The notes below the pieces were generated by a model that was given only the letters and a program-made list of their open reading frames with translations, ran no database searches and was not told the origin of the DNA. 64,000 bases of DNA from an uncultured Ruficoccus sp. (lineage in GTDB: Bacteria > Verrucomicrobiota > Verrucomicrobiia > Opitutales > Cerasicoccaceae), in NCBI GenBank assembly GCA_965140785.1, contig OZ223497.1:128001-192000 (forward strand). Reading direction: 5' to 3'. Shown in pieces: positions 40,110-49,463 of this stretch (positions within the stretch are counted from its first letter, which is position 1; every line of letters starts with the position of its first letter). The position numbers and the translations under genes were made by a program.

Positions 40110-42539
40110 CTAACGGGATAGTGAGACGGAAGTGGGGGCACAGCACTCGACGATACCGTGGGTGGAAAGCTCGATAGGCTGGCTCTGGGCGGCGGGGAAG
40201 GGCGCCCCGGCCAACTGGACTTCACACGGTGTCACGGACAAGGTATGGTTTTTCCCTTGTCCCTGAAGGGTGATACTGGAGAAATCATCATAGAGGATCA
40301 AGCTCAGTACAAAGGGAGATTGGTCCGCCTCGATGGTGTCGAACGTTACCTTCAGCACGCCGTTGTCGGCATGCGCTTCCAGCTTAAAGCGTGAGGTGTG
40401 GCCTGTGCCGGGGCAGCTAATGCCGTCGTCGCTGTGATAGTCGAGACGGGCTGTTTCGCGGGAGTTTTTGCGCAGAATGACATGGACTTCGAGCGTGTTC
40501 AAGTCCCTGGCCTGCGAAGCATTCCTGATCTCTCCGGGGCACATCGGGATCATATGGCCCTCCCGCAGGAAGAAGCCGGTATCCATGTCTTTCATGGTTC
40601 GCTTGATGTGTCCGCCGCCTTCCTGCCACTGGCCCGATGAGGTGTCGAACCATCCGGTAGCGGGCATGGTGATCTCGCGGCTGTCGGTGTGCTCTTCGAC
40701 GATGGGCGCCTGCATGATGGCCTCACCGACCATGAACTGGTCTCCGACATGGTCGAGGCGGCCTTGCGGGTCCTTGAAGGCGTAATACAAGGGCTGCAGG
40801 ATGGGATCTCCGTCGCGGGCCTGGCGGTGAAAACACTGGTAGAGATAGGGCAGCAGCTTGTAGCGCAGGCGGATGTAGTGGATGATGATGTCGCGCACCG
40901 GAGCGCTAAACTGCCAGGGCTCCTGTGGGGGAGAGAATTTTACACTATGGTTGCGAAAGAAGGGGAAGAGGAAGCCGGCCTTGTGCCAGTCAATGGCGAG
41001 GGCGGGGCTCGGCTCGCCCGCGAAACCGGGCACGTCGGGGCCGTTGAAGGGCACCCCGGAAATCGACAGGTTCAGGGACATGGCGATGCCCTCGCGCAGG
41101 TGGCGGTAATTGGACCAGTTGTCTCCGGTCCACAGGGCGCTGAAACGTTGCGTACTAATGAAACCGCTACGGCTGATGACAAAGGCGCGCTGCTCGGGGC
41201 GGGCCAGTTCCAGTCCGGCCAGGGTGGCCTGCTGCATGAGTAGCGCGTACTGGTTGTGGTAGGCTTCGTGGGGCTCGCGGCCGTCGTCGAAGCGCATGTC
41301 CTCCAGTTCCGAGGAGGCGGTGGAGGGGTCGTTCATGTCGATCCAGTATCCGTCGAAGCCGTAGGTCTGAGTGAAGGCCATAACCTGCTGTGCCCACCAG
41401 GATTGAGTGCGCTCCAGGGAAAAGTCGGGAAAGGCTGTCCGGCCTGGCCAGACAAAGCCCGAGTAGATGCCTGCCTCGCAGGTCTTGCAGTAGATGTCAC
41501 ATTCTTGCCCGCTGTCGAAGACGTCGAAGCCGGGCTCGTGTTTGACGCCGGGGTCCAGGATCGGGACGACTTTACGGCCTTTGGCCTGCAGGCGGGCAAT
41601 GCGTTCGGCGTGGTCCTCGAAGCCGTCGTTGACCGTGAAAACCCGGTAGGCGTCCATGTAATCGATGTCCAGCCAGAGACCGTCGCAGGGAATTTCCAGT
41701 TCGTCAAATTTACGGTCGAGTTCTTCCAGGTCGGCCAGGTCCCGGTAGCCGAAGCGGCACTGGTGGTAGCCCAGTGCCCATAGGGGGGGCAAGGGGGTAA
41801 GCCCGCTCAGGCGTTGGAGCTTGCGGGTGACCTCGGCAGGGGTCTGGCCGAGGATAAAGTAAACATCCGGCGTGCCGTCGTAGGCACCGATCTGGAGCGA
41901 GGGGGCCTGTTTTTCGTCGGCGTCGAGGAGGTTGGCGATGTTTTCCTCGGCGGCCAGGTTCATGAATACCGGGTAAGGGTTGTCGATGAGGATGCCGAGG
42001 CAGCCCTGGGGTTGCTTGATCAGCAGGTAGGGAATCGAGGCGTAGAGCGGATCGGTCTCGCAGTGTTCGGCCCGCCGGAACCCGAAATCGGCCAGCACGT
42101 CGGTGTTCCAGAACTTGCAGATTTGTCCGGTCTTCTCGAAACCGGTGTGTTTTTCGCCCAGCCCGTACAGGCGCATCTGCGGGTCGTGCGAGAAGCTCAT
42201 GATCCACTTCTGCCCGAGGACGCCGAAGGCCAGGCCCGTTTCCGAAACCAGCAGGGGCTGGTCGTGGAGTCGGAACGTCAGTGCCCCGTCTTCGCCCAGG
42301 ATGGCGGTGCCCGGATGGTCGGAGTTGGCAAAGCCGGAGGCGTCCAGCACGGCGCGGCTCATTTGACGCCACTGGGGTACGTTCACCGTGAGCCGGAAGA
42401 CCCCTTCGCCGCAGTTCTGAAGGGTGTGCGGGTAGGCTTCGCGGTTGGCTGGATGAAGGAGAGGCTGCCCTGCGTGCAGGGTGCGAAAATTGGCCGCCGG
42501 GGGAACCTTGTTGAAAAACATGCCCCTTAGCATACCCAT
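40110..42539 (-). CDS. GH31 alpha-glycosidase
   Basis: PPLWALGYHQCR, WLDIDYM, WIDMNDP, WTGDN, GPDVPGF, FFRNHS. Confidence 0.92.
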   Translation of the reverse strand: MGMLRGMFFNKVPPAANFRTLHAGQPLLHPANREAYPHTLQNCGEGVFRLTVNVPQWRQMSRAVLDASGFANSDHPGTAILGEDGALTFRLHDQPLLVSETGLAFGVLGQKWIMSFSHDPQMRLYGLGEKHTGFEKTGQICKFWNTDVLADFGFRRAEHCETDPLYASIPYLLIKQPQGCLGILIDNPYPVFMNLAAEENIANLLDADEKQAPSLQIGAYDGTPDVYFILGQTPAEVTRKLQRLSGLTPLPPLWALGYHQCRFGYRDLADLEELDRKFDELEIPCDGLWLDIDYMDAYRVFTVNDGFEDHAERIARLQAKGRKVVPILDPGVKHEPGFDVFDSGQECDIYCKTCEAGIYSGFVWPGRTAFPDFSLERTQSWWAQQVMAFTQTYGFDGYWIDMNDPSTASSELEDMRFDDGREPHEAYHNQYALLMQQATLAGLELARPEQRAFVISRSGFISTQRFSALWTGDNWSNYRHLREGIAMSLNLSISGVPFNGPDVPGFAGEPSPALAIDWHKAGFLFPFFRNHSVKFSPPQEPWQFSAPVRDIIIHYIRLRYKLLPYLYQCFHRQARDGDPILQPLYYAFKDPQGRLDHVGDQFMVGEAIMQAPIVEEHTDSREITMPATGWFDTSSGQWQEGGGHIKRTMKDMDTGFFLREGHMIPMCPGEIRNASQARDLNTLEVHVILRKNSRETARLDYHSDDGISCPGTGHTSRFKLEAHADNGVLKVTFDTIEADQSPFVLSLILYDDFSSITLQGQGKNHTLSVTPCEVQLAGAPFPAAQSQPIELSTHGIVECCAPTSVSLSR

Positions 42540-42566
42540 CGGGCCCGGAGGAGATAGCTCGCGTCT

Positions 42567-42579
42567 GTTTTACGTAAAC
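42567..42579. promoter_or_regulatory. Module C operator (G)TTTACGTAAAC
   Basis: Same motif at 46433-46445, 47286-47298, and a perfect 16-bp palindrome at 49403-49418. Confidence 0.75.
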
Positions 42580-42631
42580 ATGGGGGCGCGTTGCCGTTGG
42601 GGGCTTTCCAAGGGAGGGTAAAGCCTCGTAA

Positions 42632-45600
42632 ATGTTCAGAATACCCCCATGCTTTAGCGCGGGCGCTTTGGTTATCCTGATGGGATTGGCCAGCGCCTTG
42701 GCCACCCCGGTTGACAAGCGGCTGGTCGTCGTCGGCTCCTCCGTGCCCAAAGGGCAGGGAGCCTACTCGGCGGGGACCTACTACGGCGATGATGTCGATG
42801 GCGACGGCTCGGCAGATTTTTTCGCCACGTACGGCTACGCGGGCCGCCTGAAGCGTCTGGTCGAGGCCGAGGGGTGGAGCTTTGACAACCAGTCCATCGC
42901 CGGTAACACGACTGCGGCGGTCAACGGGCGCTTTGACCCGGATGTGACGGACGAGAACCCCGAGTACGTCCTGATCGGGCTCTCCCTGGGCAATGAAGGG
43001 CTGGCGGGAAACTCCGACCCCGACGGGGTGCTGGAAACGTTCTCCACGGGCTTGCAGGCGATTATCGCGCGCGCTCGGGACGCGGGCAGCTATCCGGTCG
43101 TTTCTCTTGTGTATCCGCGTGGCAACTACAGCCGCCGTGAGTACGCGTTTGTCAAGCGCATGAACCTGCGCATCAATAGCTGGGGCGTGCCGTGCATCAA
43201 TCTGCTCGGTGCTCTCGACGATGGACGCGGGCGCTGGGCTGGGGGATTCGCCTACGACAACGGGCATCCGAACGTGCTCGGGCACCAGGAGCTGTATTAC
43301 GCGATTGTGCCCACGCTGTTCGAGGCCATCGAAGCGGGGGCCACCGAGGTGCCGACCTATCCGTCTTCGGAGGGGTTTGCCCGCGTCGATGCGGATACGA
43401 GCGATCCAGCCCCGCTGGTATTTACGCCAGAGTCCCCCCTGCACGCCTTTACCAGTAGCTTTCGTGTCCGTTCCTCGACTGCCGGGACCGTTGCGGCGGT
43501 CGGCACGCGCACCCGGCCACTCTTTCTGGTCGATTTTGGCCCGAGCAATGACGACGACGGGCGGGCCACCGATGGCCCTGATAGCAGCGGCTTGTATTGG
43601 AATAGCTGGCGCCCGGTGGTGGGCGGAAGCGTGGCTATCGCCGCCGGAACGCGGTTGGAAAATCTCGTCACGGTGGATCATGAAGCCAGCGCGGTCAGTC
43701 TTGAAATCACGGACGCTTTTTCCGGGGCGAACGGACGCCTCAATGGCGGGCTGAACGATCCGGACGCTACACTGCTTGGCCTTCTGGCGCAGCCGACAGC
43801 GACGGAGGATTACTTTTACGAGACGGGCACGGCGGGCTTCCGCATCAGCGGTCTGGACCCGGCCAAAACCTATTCTCTGCGTTTGTTCGGCAGCCGCAGC
43901 ACCACCCAGACGCGGGAAACTCGCTTCAGTGTGAGTGGGGCACTGCCGTATACGCCCTTCACCGATCTTGTGACCTCCGGCGACGGCCTCGGCAGCGACG
44001 GCTTGTATGATGGCAACGATGCCCTGATCGGGCTGGTCAATGGCGTTCCCCCCTCGGACGCGGGGGAGATCACGGTAACGCTGAGTATCGACGCCGGCTC
44101 CTACGCCTACCTGAACGCCCTGGAAATCATCGAAGAGGACGCGGCGGCGACGGCTTATGGCACCGTGGAGTTGCGGGACGGGGCAATCGCCTACGTGTCT
44201 CCGCGCGGCGAAGAGATTACCAGCCCGGTCAATGGCGTTGACGGTGGCTGGCACGACATCGCCTTGTCGCACCGCTACGCCCAGCAGGAAACCCTGCTTT
44301 ACGTGGACGGCGTGCTGGCGGGTACTTTGCGGGAAAACTACGTGCCCGCGTTCTTCGTGCTGGGCGGTCCCGCCGGAGCAGATGAGCGGGCGGACGCGCC
44401 CGCGCATGCCGATTATCAGGACTGGTGCGTGGTGCGGGCCGCGTGGACGCCGGAAGAAGCCCTGGCCCAGTCCCAGGGACAGTTGCAGCATGCCAGCCTG
44501 GAAATTTGCGCCCCGCTTGACGACGCAAGCTTTATCCGTGCAGGCACCGTTGAAAGCTGGGCCCAGAGCCTATCCACGGTTGAAGTGCGCTCCGGGGCTG
44601 TTACTGCGGGAGTCGCCGTTACGCCGCCCGGTTCGCTGGCAGCGGTTTCCTACGCCTTTGACACGGCCATCCTGGCCTGGGAAGACAACAGCTCGACCGA
44701 AAATGGTTTCGTGCTAGAGCGCCGAGGGGCAGGGGAGAACCAGCCCTGGGAAAAGATCGCCACCTTCGCGGCCCATGTGACAACGGCCACCGATCACAGC
44801 CTCAGCGCCGGTGAAAGCTATGCCTACCGCGTCGCCTCCATCGAGGCCGACGGCCTCAGCAGCTATTCCAATATCGCCTGGGTCGGCGCCGGCCAGGACG
44901 GGCGTTCTTACCGCGACTGGAGCACCGCTGCTTTTGCGCTGCCTCCGCGCACCTACCGGATCGATTTCAACACGGCGTCCGATCCTGATTACGGCGGACA
45001 GGTCTGGAACCAGATCAACCGCCTCGGCAGCGGCGGACCTTATCCGCTGGTGGACGCCGAGGGCGACGGTACCGACGCCATCAGTCTGACCGTTCTGAGC
45101 CCTTTCGCTGCCTTCCGGGGTGGAAACGGCAGCCCGCTGGCGGGGGTTGCGGCCGCCCCGCAGGAGTCCGGCTTCACGGTCAGCGACCAGACGCAGACGG
45201 ACCCCGCTCGCGTGCGGCTTTCCGGACTCAATCCGGACGCGGTGTATCAGCTGCGGCTTTTTGGCCGACGCGGCAACTTGACCAGCGGCTACGACTACTC
45301 CGGGCGCTATACGGTGGAGCACGGGGGGCGTACCGTCAGCTTCGAGATGAACAGCGCCGAGGCCGACGCGCCCGTTGATGTTTTCAACCTGCGCCCGGAT
45401 GCCGCCGGGACCATCACGCTCTCCGTCGCCGGGCCGGATGATCCCGCAGGCACCGTGATGGCCGTGCTGAGTTTTCTAGAGGTCGAGGAGTTGTCGGCAC
45501 CGGGGGCTTTCCTGGTTGATTTTGACGCCAAGGGAGACAAGGCGGTGTACGGCGAGGGCGAACATTGGACGACGATCAGCGCGTGCGCCGACACCTCTAC

Positions 45601-46414
45601 GCTTTATCCCCTGGCGGATGCCTCCGGGGACATGGGCGCGGGGGTCACGCTCCGGCTCACCCGCGCTTTCAGCCAGACGCGCGAAAACGACAGGTCTCCC
45701 CCCGGCCATGGCGTCTCCGCCGAGGCCGAGCGCACGCTCTTCAAGGCCAGCACGGCAGCGGGCGGCTCTAGCCTGACCATTGGCGGCTTGGATACGAACC
45801 GTGCCTACCGCGTTGTCATTTTGGCCCGTCGCGGCTACGTCGTCAGCGGCTTTGACTATAGCGGTGTTTACACCCTCAGCGGGGCCGCCAGCCGTACGGT
45901 CACGGTTGACGCGGCGGACAACGAGACCTTTACCGCCTTCGACGAGATGTTCCCCGGTCCCGGCGGCGAACTGACCCTGACCGTGGAGGCCGGGCCCGAT
46001 GCGGGGACGGACTTCCCGGTTCTAAATCTGCTCATGGTGATTCCGGGTGACTATGCCTCCGGCAGTGAGCCTGCCAGTGCCCGCTCAGATGACCCGGAGG
46101 GGGATGGCTCCAGTAACTTCATGGAGTACGTGCTCGGCTCGGACCCGCTGGTGGCAAGCCCCGCCCGTCGCGATCTGTTGTCGGTCGGGACCGGTACGGA
46201 CGGCGTGATCCGACTCAGTTACGAACAGAATCTGATGGCGCGTGAAGTGAATTACACTCTCGAGCGAACGGACGACCTAGCCGACCCCGCCAGTTGGCAG
46301 GCTTTTAATCCCCCGGCTGGACAGGCTACCCTAAGCGAAAGCGGGCGGATGGCGCTCGAGCTGGACTGGTCGCTTGATGCCGACACCACCTTTTTTCGTC
46401 TGAAAATCGAATAA
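42632..46414 (+). CDS. Secreted SGNH/GDSL esterase with LamG-like, FN3 and three repeated beta-rich domains
   Basis: VGSSV, IAGNT, SLGNE, DNGHPN; DGGWHDIALSH..LYVDG; WEDNSSTENGFVLER; repeats beginning FLVDF/YRIDF/FLVDF. Confidence 0.8.
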   Translation: MFRIPPCFSAGALVILMGLASALATPVDKRLVVVGSSVPKGQGAYSAGTYYGDDVDGDGSADFFATYGYAGRLKRLVEAEGWSFDNQSIAGNTTAAVNGRFDPDVTDENPEYVLIGLSLGNEGLAGNSDPDGVLETFSTGLQAIIARARDAGSYPVVSLVYPRGNYSRREYAFVKRMNLRINSWGVPCINLLGALDDGRGRWAGGFAYDNGHPNVLGHQELYYAIVPTLFEAIEAGATEVPTYPSSEGFARVDADTSDPAPLVFTPESPLHAFTSSFRVRSSTAGTVAAVGTRTRPLFLVDFGPSNDDDGRATDGPDSSGLYWNSWRPVVGGSVAIAAGTRLENLVTVDHEASAVSLEITDAFSGANGRLNGGLNDPDATLLGLLAQPTATEDYFYETGTAGFRISGLDPAKTYSLRLFGSRSTTQTRETRFSVSGALPYTPFTDLVTSGDGLGSDGLYDGNDALIGLVNGVPPSDAGEITVTLSIDAGSYAYLNALEIIEEDAAATAYGTVELRDGAIAYVSPRGEEITSPVNGVDGGWHDIALSHRYAQQETLLYVDGVLAGTLRENYVPAFFVLGGPAGADERADAPAHADYQDWCVVRAAWTPEEALAQSQGQLQHASLEICAPLDDASFIRAGTVESWAQSLSTVEVRSGAVTAGVAVTPPGSLAAVSYAFDTAILAWEDNSSTENGFVLERRGAGENQPWEKIATFAAHVTTATDHSLSAGESYAYRVASIEADGLSSYSNIAWVGAGQDGRSYRDWSTAAFALPPRTYRIDFNTASDPDYGGQVWNQINRLGSGGPYPLVDAEGDGTDAISLTVLSPFAAFRGGNGSPLAGVAAAPQESGFTVSDQTQTDPARVRLSGLNPDAVYQLRLFGRRGNLTSGYDYSGRYTVEHGGRTVSFEMNSAEADAPVDVFNLRPDAAGTITLSVAGPDDPAGTVMAVLSFLEVEELSAPGAFLVDFDAKGDKAVYGEGEHWTTISACADTSTLYPLADASGDMGAGVTLRLTRAFSQTRENDRSPPGHGVSAEAERTLFKASTAAGGSSLTIGGLDTNRAYRVVILARRGYVVSGFDYSGVYTLSGAASRTVTVDAADNETFTAFDEMFPGPGGELTLTVEAGPDAGTDFPVLNLLMVIPGDYASGSEPASARSDDPEGDGSSNFMEYVLGSDPLVASPARRDLLSVGTGTDGVIRLSYEQNLMAREVNYTLERTDDLADPASWQAFNPPAGQATLSESGRMALELDWSLDADTTFFRLKIE

Positions 46415-46512
46415 TTCTCAATCTGGAGAGCAGTTTTACGTAAACCTTAATTTGATTTTTATCCGATACGGTTTTAGTCTTAACTTTCACCCAATTACCA
46501 AATCCTGTTTCT

Positions 46513-47214
46513 ATGAATACACCCAAAATTCTCGTTATTGTTGCTGCGTTGGCAGCTCCTCTCACCCTGGTTCACGGCGTTACGGCTGGTGATACCTTTC
46601 TGGTCGATTTCAGTAACGCCGACGGTACGACAAGCGGCAACTGGAACAACTCCAATAGCTCCGGCTACAGCATTACGAATATGATCGATACGACGGGAAC
46701 AGCCTCGTCCATTGACCTGAACTTTACCACGGGCGTGGCGCAGAACGGTGGCTTCGACGTGACGGGCGCTCCCGCTCCCTTTGATGTCGCGACGGCTTAT
46801 GAAGACGCGATCTTTCTGGCCTCGGGCACCACCACCTTTCGCATCTCTTCGCTCGATACGAATTACACGTACACGCTGGATTTTTTCGGCTCCCGTGATT
46901 CCACCTCGACCCGCGTCACCGCCTATACCGTTTACCAACAAGATCCCGTCAGCGGCACGACCGTCACGCTGACGACTTCCGGCACGGGTGTCGGCGGGGC
47001 AGGTATCAACCACAATATCAGCCAGACGGCCACGGTTGCCAATTTCACGCCCAATGGCAGCGGGGAAATCTACGTCGATATCACCATTGATGAGGGCAGC
47101 TTCGGCTACCTCAATGCCATGTCGTTGACGGTCGTCCCCGAACCCGGCACCTATGCCGCGGTCGCAGGTCTTTTAATAGGCGTGTTCGCTTTGATCCGGC
47201 GCCGCCGGCTATAG
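46513..47214 (+). CDS. PEP-CTERM protein (module C), stand-alone copy of the FLVDF domain
   Basis: Signal peptide, VPEP + TM + RRRR. Confidence 0.9.
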   Translation: MNTPKILVIVAALAAPLTLVHGVTAGDTFLVDFSNADGTTSGNWNNSNSSGYSITNMIDTTGTASSIDLNFTTGVAQNGGFDVTGAPAPFDVATAYEDAIFLASGTTTFRISSLDTNYTYTLDFFGSRDSTSTRVTAYTVYQQDPVSGTTVTLTTSGTGVGGAGINHNISQTATVANFTPNGSGEIYVDITIDEGSFGYLNAMSLTVVPEPGTYAAVAGLLIGVFALIRRRRL

Positions 47215-47238
47215 CACACTGATAAGGCATAATATCGG

Positions 47239-47270
47239 AGCCCCGGCGCATTGCCGGGGCTTCTTTTGTT
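47239..47270 (+). terminator. Rho-independent terminator
   Basis: AGCCCCGGC-GCATT-GCCGGGGCT followed by TCTTTTGTT. Confidence 0.8.
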
Positions 47271-47359
47271 CACGGAGTCGGGACTGTTTTACGTAAACTC
47301 TGGATTCTGTTTCGTCTTCACGCTCTTGTGTTATTGTATCCTTATTCCTTTGCTTGTTT

Positions 47360-48202
47360 ATGAATACCCGATTCTTCAAACTTCCTGTTTTTATTCTCTT
47401 CGCGGGCGCGTCAGCATCCGGACTGTGGGCCCAGAATGCCGTCAACCAGTTTGCCAACGACTGGAGCGCGATTCACTGGGAGCCTGTTGACACTGCTCCG
47501 ACAGCGACGCAGACCAGCTTTTTCAACGGCGAGAATTACGTCTCGATCACGAACTCGACGGTGGCTCAGGTGGGGACGCTCCGACTGGGAGATACCAGCG
47601 GCGTCTCCTCCAGCTTGACCCTGGAAGGCGCGGCTAGCCTGACGGTCGCCAACGGCGTCTATGTTGGCAACGCCAAGGACAGCAGCTTCACGCTCAACCT
47701 CGACGCCGGAACATTCTCGGCGCAGTCCTTGTTCATCGGAGGCGTGGCCAAGGACTCGACCGCAGGCCGGGCAATTGTCAACCTCGGTGCAGCCCAGGCG
47801 ACGGTGGCGTCCTTTATTCAGTTCACCCTCGGCACCCAGAGCAGGTCCGTTCAGTTGAACGTGACAGGCGAGGGTGGCAGCCTCAGCGCAAAGCAAGTGC
47901 AATTTGCTGCCGCGGAGGGGGGGAGTAACCCCGCCGAGATGCATTTTACCATGGGGGCCAACGGCATCGGCTCCATCCATCTTAGCGGCAGCCTTTATGG
48001 GGCCGAGCACATCGCGGTGACGGTGGACGGGACCGATTTCAAGGGCCAAGCCGGTCGCTACACCCTGATTGAAACCGACAGCGGCAACACCGGATCGGGT
48101 CAGATCTACGGTGATTTCCAAGCTTTACAAGCTGTCAATTTTAACGGATATCAGGCGAGCCTGACCAAGGAATACGGCGACCTGGTATTAACTCTCAACT
48201 GA
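47360..48202 (+). CDS. Secreted beta-strand-rich hypothetical protein
   Basis: Signal peptide; G/S/T-rich passenger-like repeats; no anchor motif. Confidence 0.7.
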   Translation: MNTRFFKLPVFILFAGASASGLWAQNAVNQFANDWSAIHWEPVDTAPTATQTSFFNGENYVSITNSTVAQVGTLRLGDTSGVSSSLTLEGAASLTVANGVYVGNAKDSSFTLNLDAGTFSAQSLFIGGVAKDSTAGRAIVNLGAAQATVASFIQFTLGTQSRSVQLNVTGEGGSLSAKQVQFAAAEGGSNPAEMHFTMGANGIGSIHLSGSLYGAEHIAVTVDGTDFKGQAGRYTLIETDSGNTGSGQIYGDFQALQAVNFNGYQASLTKEYGDLVLTLN

Positions 48203-48213
48203 GGAAACATGTC

Positions 48214-48900
48214 ATGACGGCACACTCATACTCCAAACGGCTCGTAGGCTCCGGGTTTACGCTGGTTGAAAGCTTGGTGGTCATCGCAGTCATCGGTGTT
48301 ATCGCGGGCATTCTGATCCCGGTGGTGGGGCGGGCCCGCGAATCGGCCAACAATGCTGGCTGTCTCTCCAACCTGCGTCAGTTGTCCTCACTCTATCTTC
48401 TCTACACCAACGATCACAATGGCAACCTGCTCAGCGCCAGCGAAGGCGTCCAGGGCGGTACATACTGGCAGTTTGAGTTGCAAGAGTTCATGGAGGCGGA
48501 TTTGCGGGAGCGCCAGATGGACGGTTTTCACTGCGCGTCCTGCCTGGCTCAGAACCCCGAGCTGGACGATGGGCGGGATATCCTGCGCTCGACCTACGGC
48601 CTCAATAATTTCATCGGTCGTGTGAACGACGGTGATTGGGCGATCGACATGATCCAACAGGCCGTGAATCCCTCCAAGACGATTCTTTTCGCCGATCCGG
48701 CGATGGAAAGCAAGCGCAACACCATGGTGGGCATTGGCTATGAAGCCAGTCTCTTTCCCGTGTCCTACCACAGCAACGACATGGTCAACATGTCCTTTCT
48801 CGATGGCCACGTGGAGAGCAAACCCCACGATGATATCCCGACCTCAGGCGAGGTCTGGCCGCGGGGGCGCGACGGTTCGATTTTCTGGAAGGGCTGGTAA
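48214..48900 (+). CDS. Prepilin-type N-terminal + H-X10-DG protein (module C)
   Basis: GFTLVESLVVIAVIGVIA, CLSNLRQL, HSNDMVNMSFLDGHVE. Confidence 0.9.
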   Translation: MTAHSYSKRLVGSGFTLVESLVVIAVIGVIAGILIPVVGRARESANNAGCLSNLRQLSSLYLLYTNDHNGNLLSASEGVQGGTYWQFELQEFMEADLRERQMDGFHCASCLAQNPELDDGRDILRSTYGLNNFIGRVNDGDWAIDMIQQAVNPSKTILFADPAMESKRNTMVGIGYEASLFPVSYHSNDMVNMSFLDGHVESKPHDDIPTSGEVWPRGRDGSIFWKGW

Positions 48901-49463
48901 TCCCTTGGTGCCGTCCGCGCTTGGAGCGCCTCGCCGCGTTTGGCGGAGACGTTAGTCGGCTGCAAGCCAAAGTCCTTCTTCGTTCATCCGAGGGCGTTAT
49001 GGCATCCTGCCGGCAAGGTGCCAGGCAAATACATGACCTGATGCTGCCTGGAATGCCGTAACCCTCGAATCGATCTTACGCGATACGTCTGGGCATGCGA
49101 TGGAAGGGGATTGCCTGGGCACTGTACGCAAACCTGCTCAGGCCACATCCTGGTGTGTGTTTGGGTCTGAATTTCGTGTCCTCGTCTCAGCAATTCTCAG
49201 AATTGTCTCACCGCAGAGGCGTCAGGCATCGTGCTGCCGGGGCCATTGGCACGCCTTGAGTTATGCGGTTCCAGCTATACGCCTTATGGCATCGGGGGAC
49301 GACCGGATTGTAACGCTACTCGTCCTCGCAATATCCCTCCACCTGAGTCGAAGGGTCGGCGGTTATGATTGGCGAGCGGTGGCTGTGCCTCGACCCATGG
49401 TGGAGTTTACGTAAACTCTTGTCTTTGCCGGTTTGGTGAAGTACATTCGGACTTAATCGCCCC

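Noticed and set aside
42527..44491. 654-aa minus-strand ORF and similar long overlapping ORFs (8011-8874, 23613-24611, 38523-39518, 41710-42750)
   Set aside because: Antisense or alternate-frame shadows of high-GC genes with no recognisable motifs
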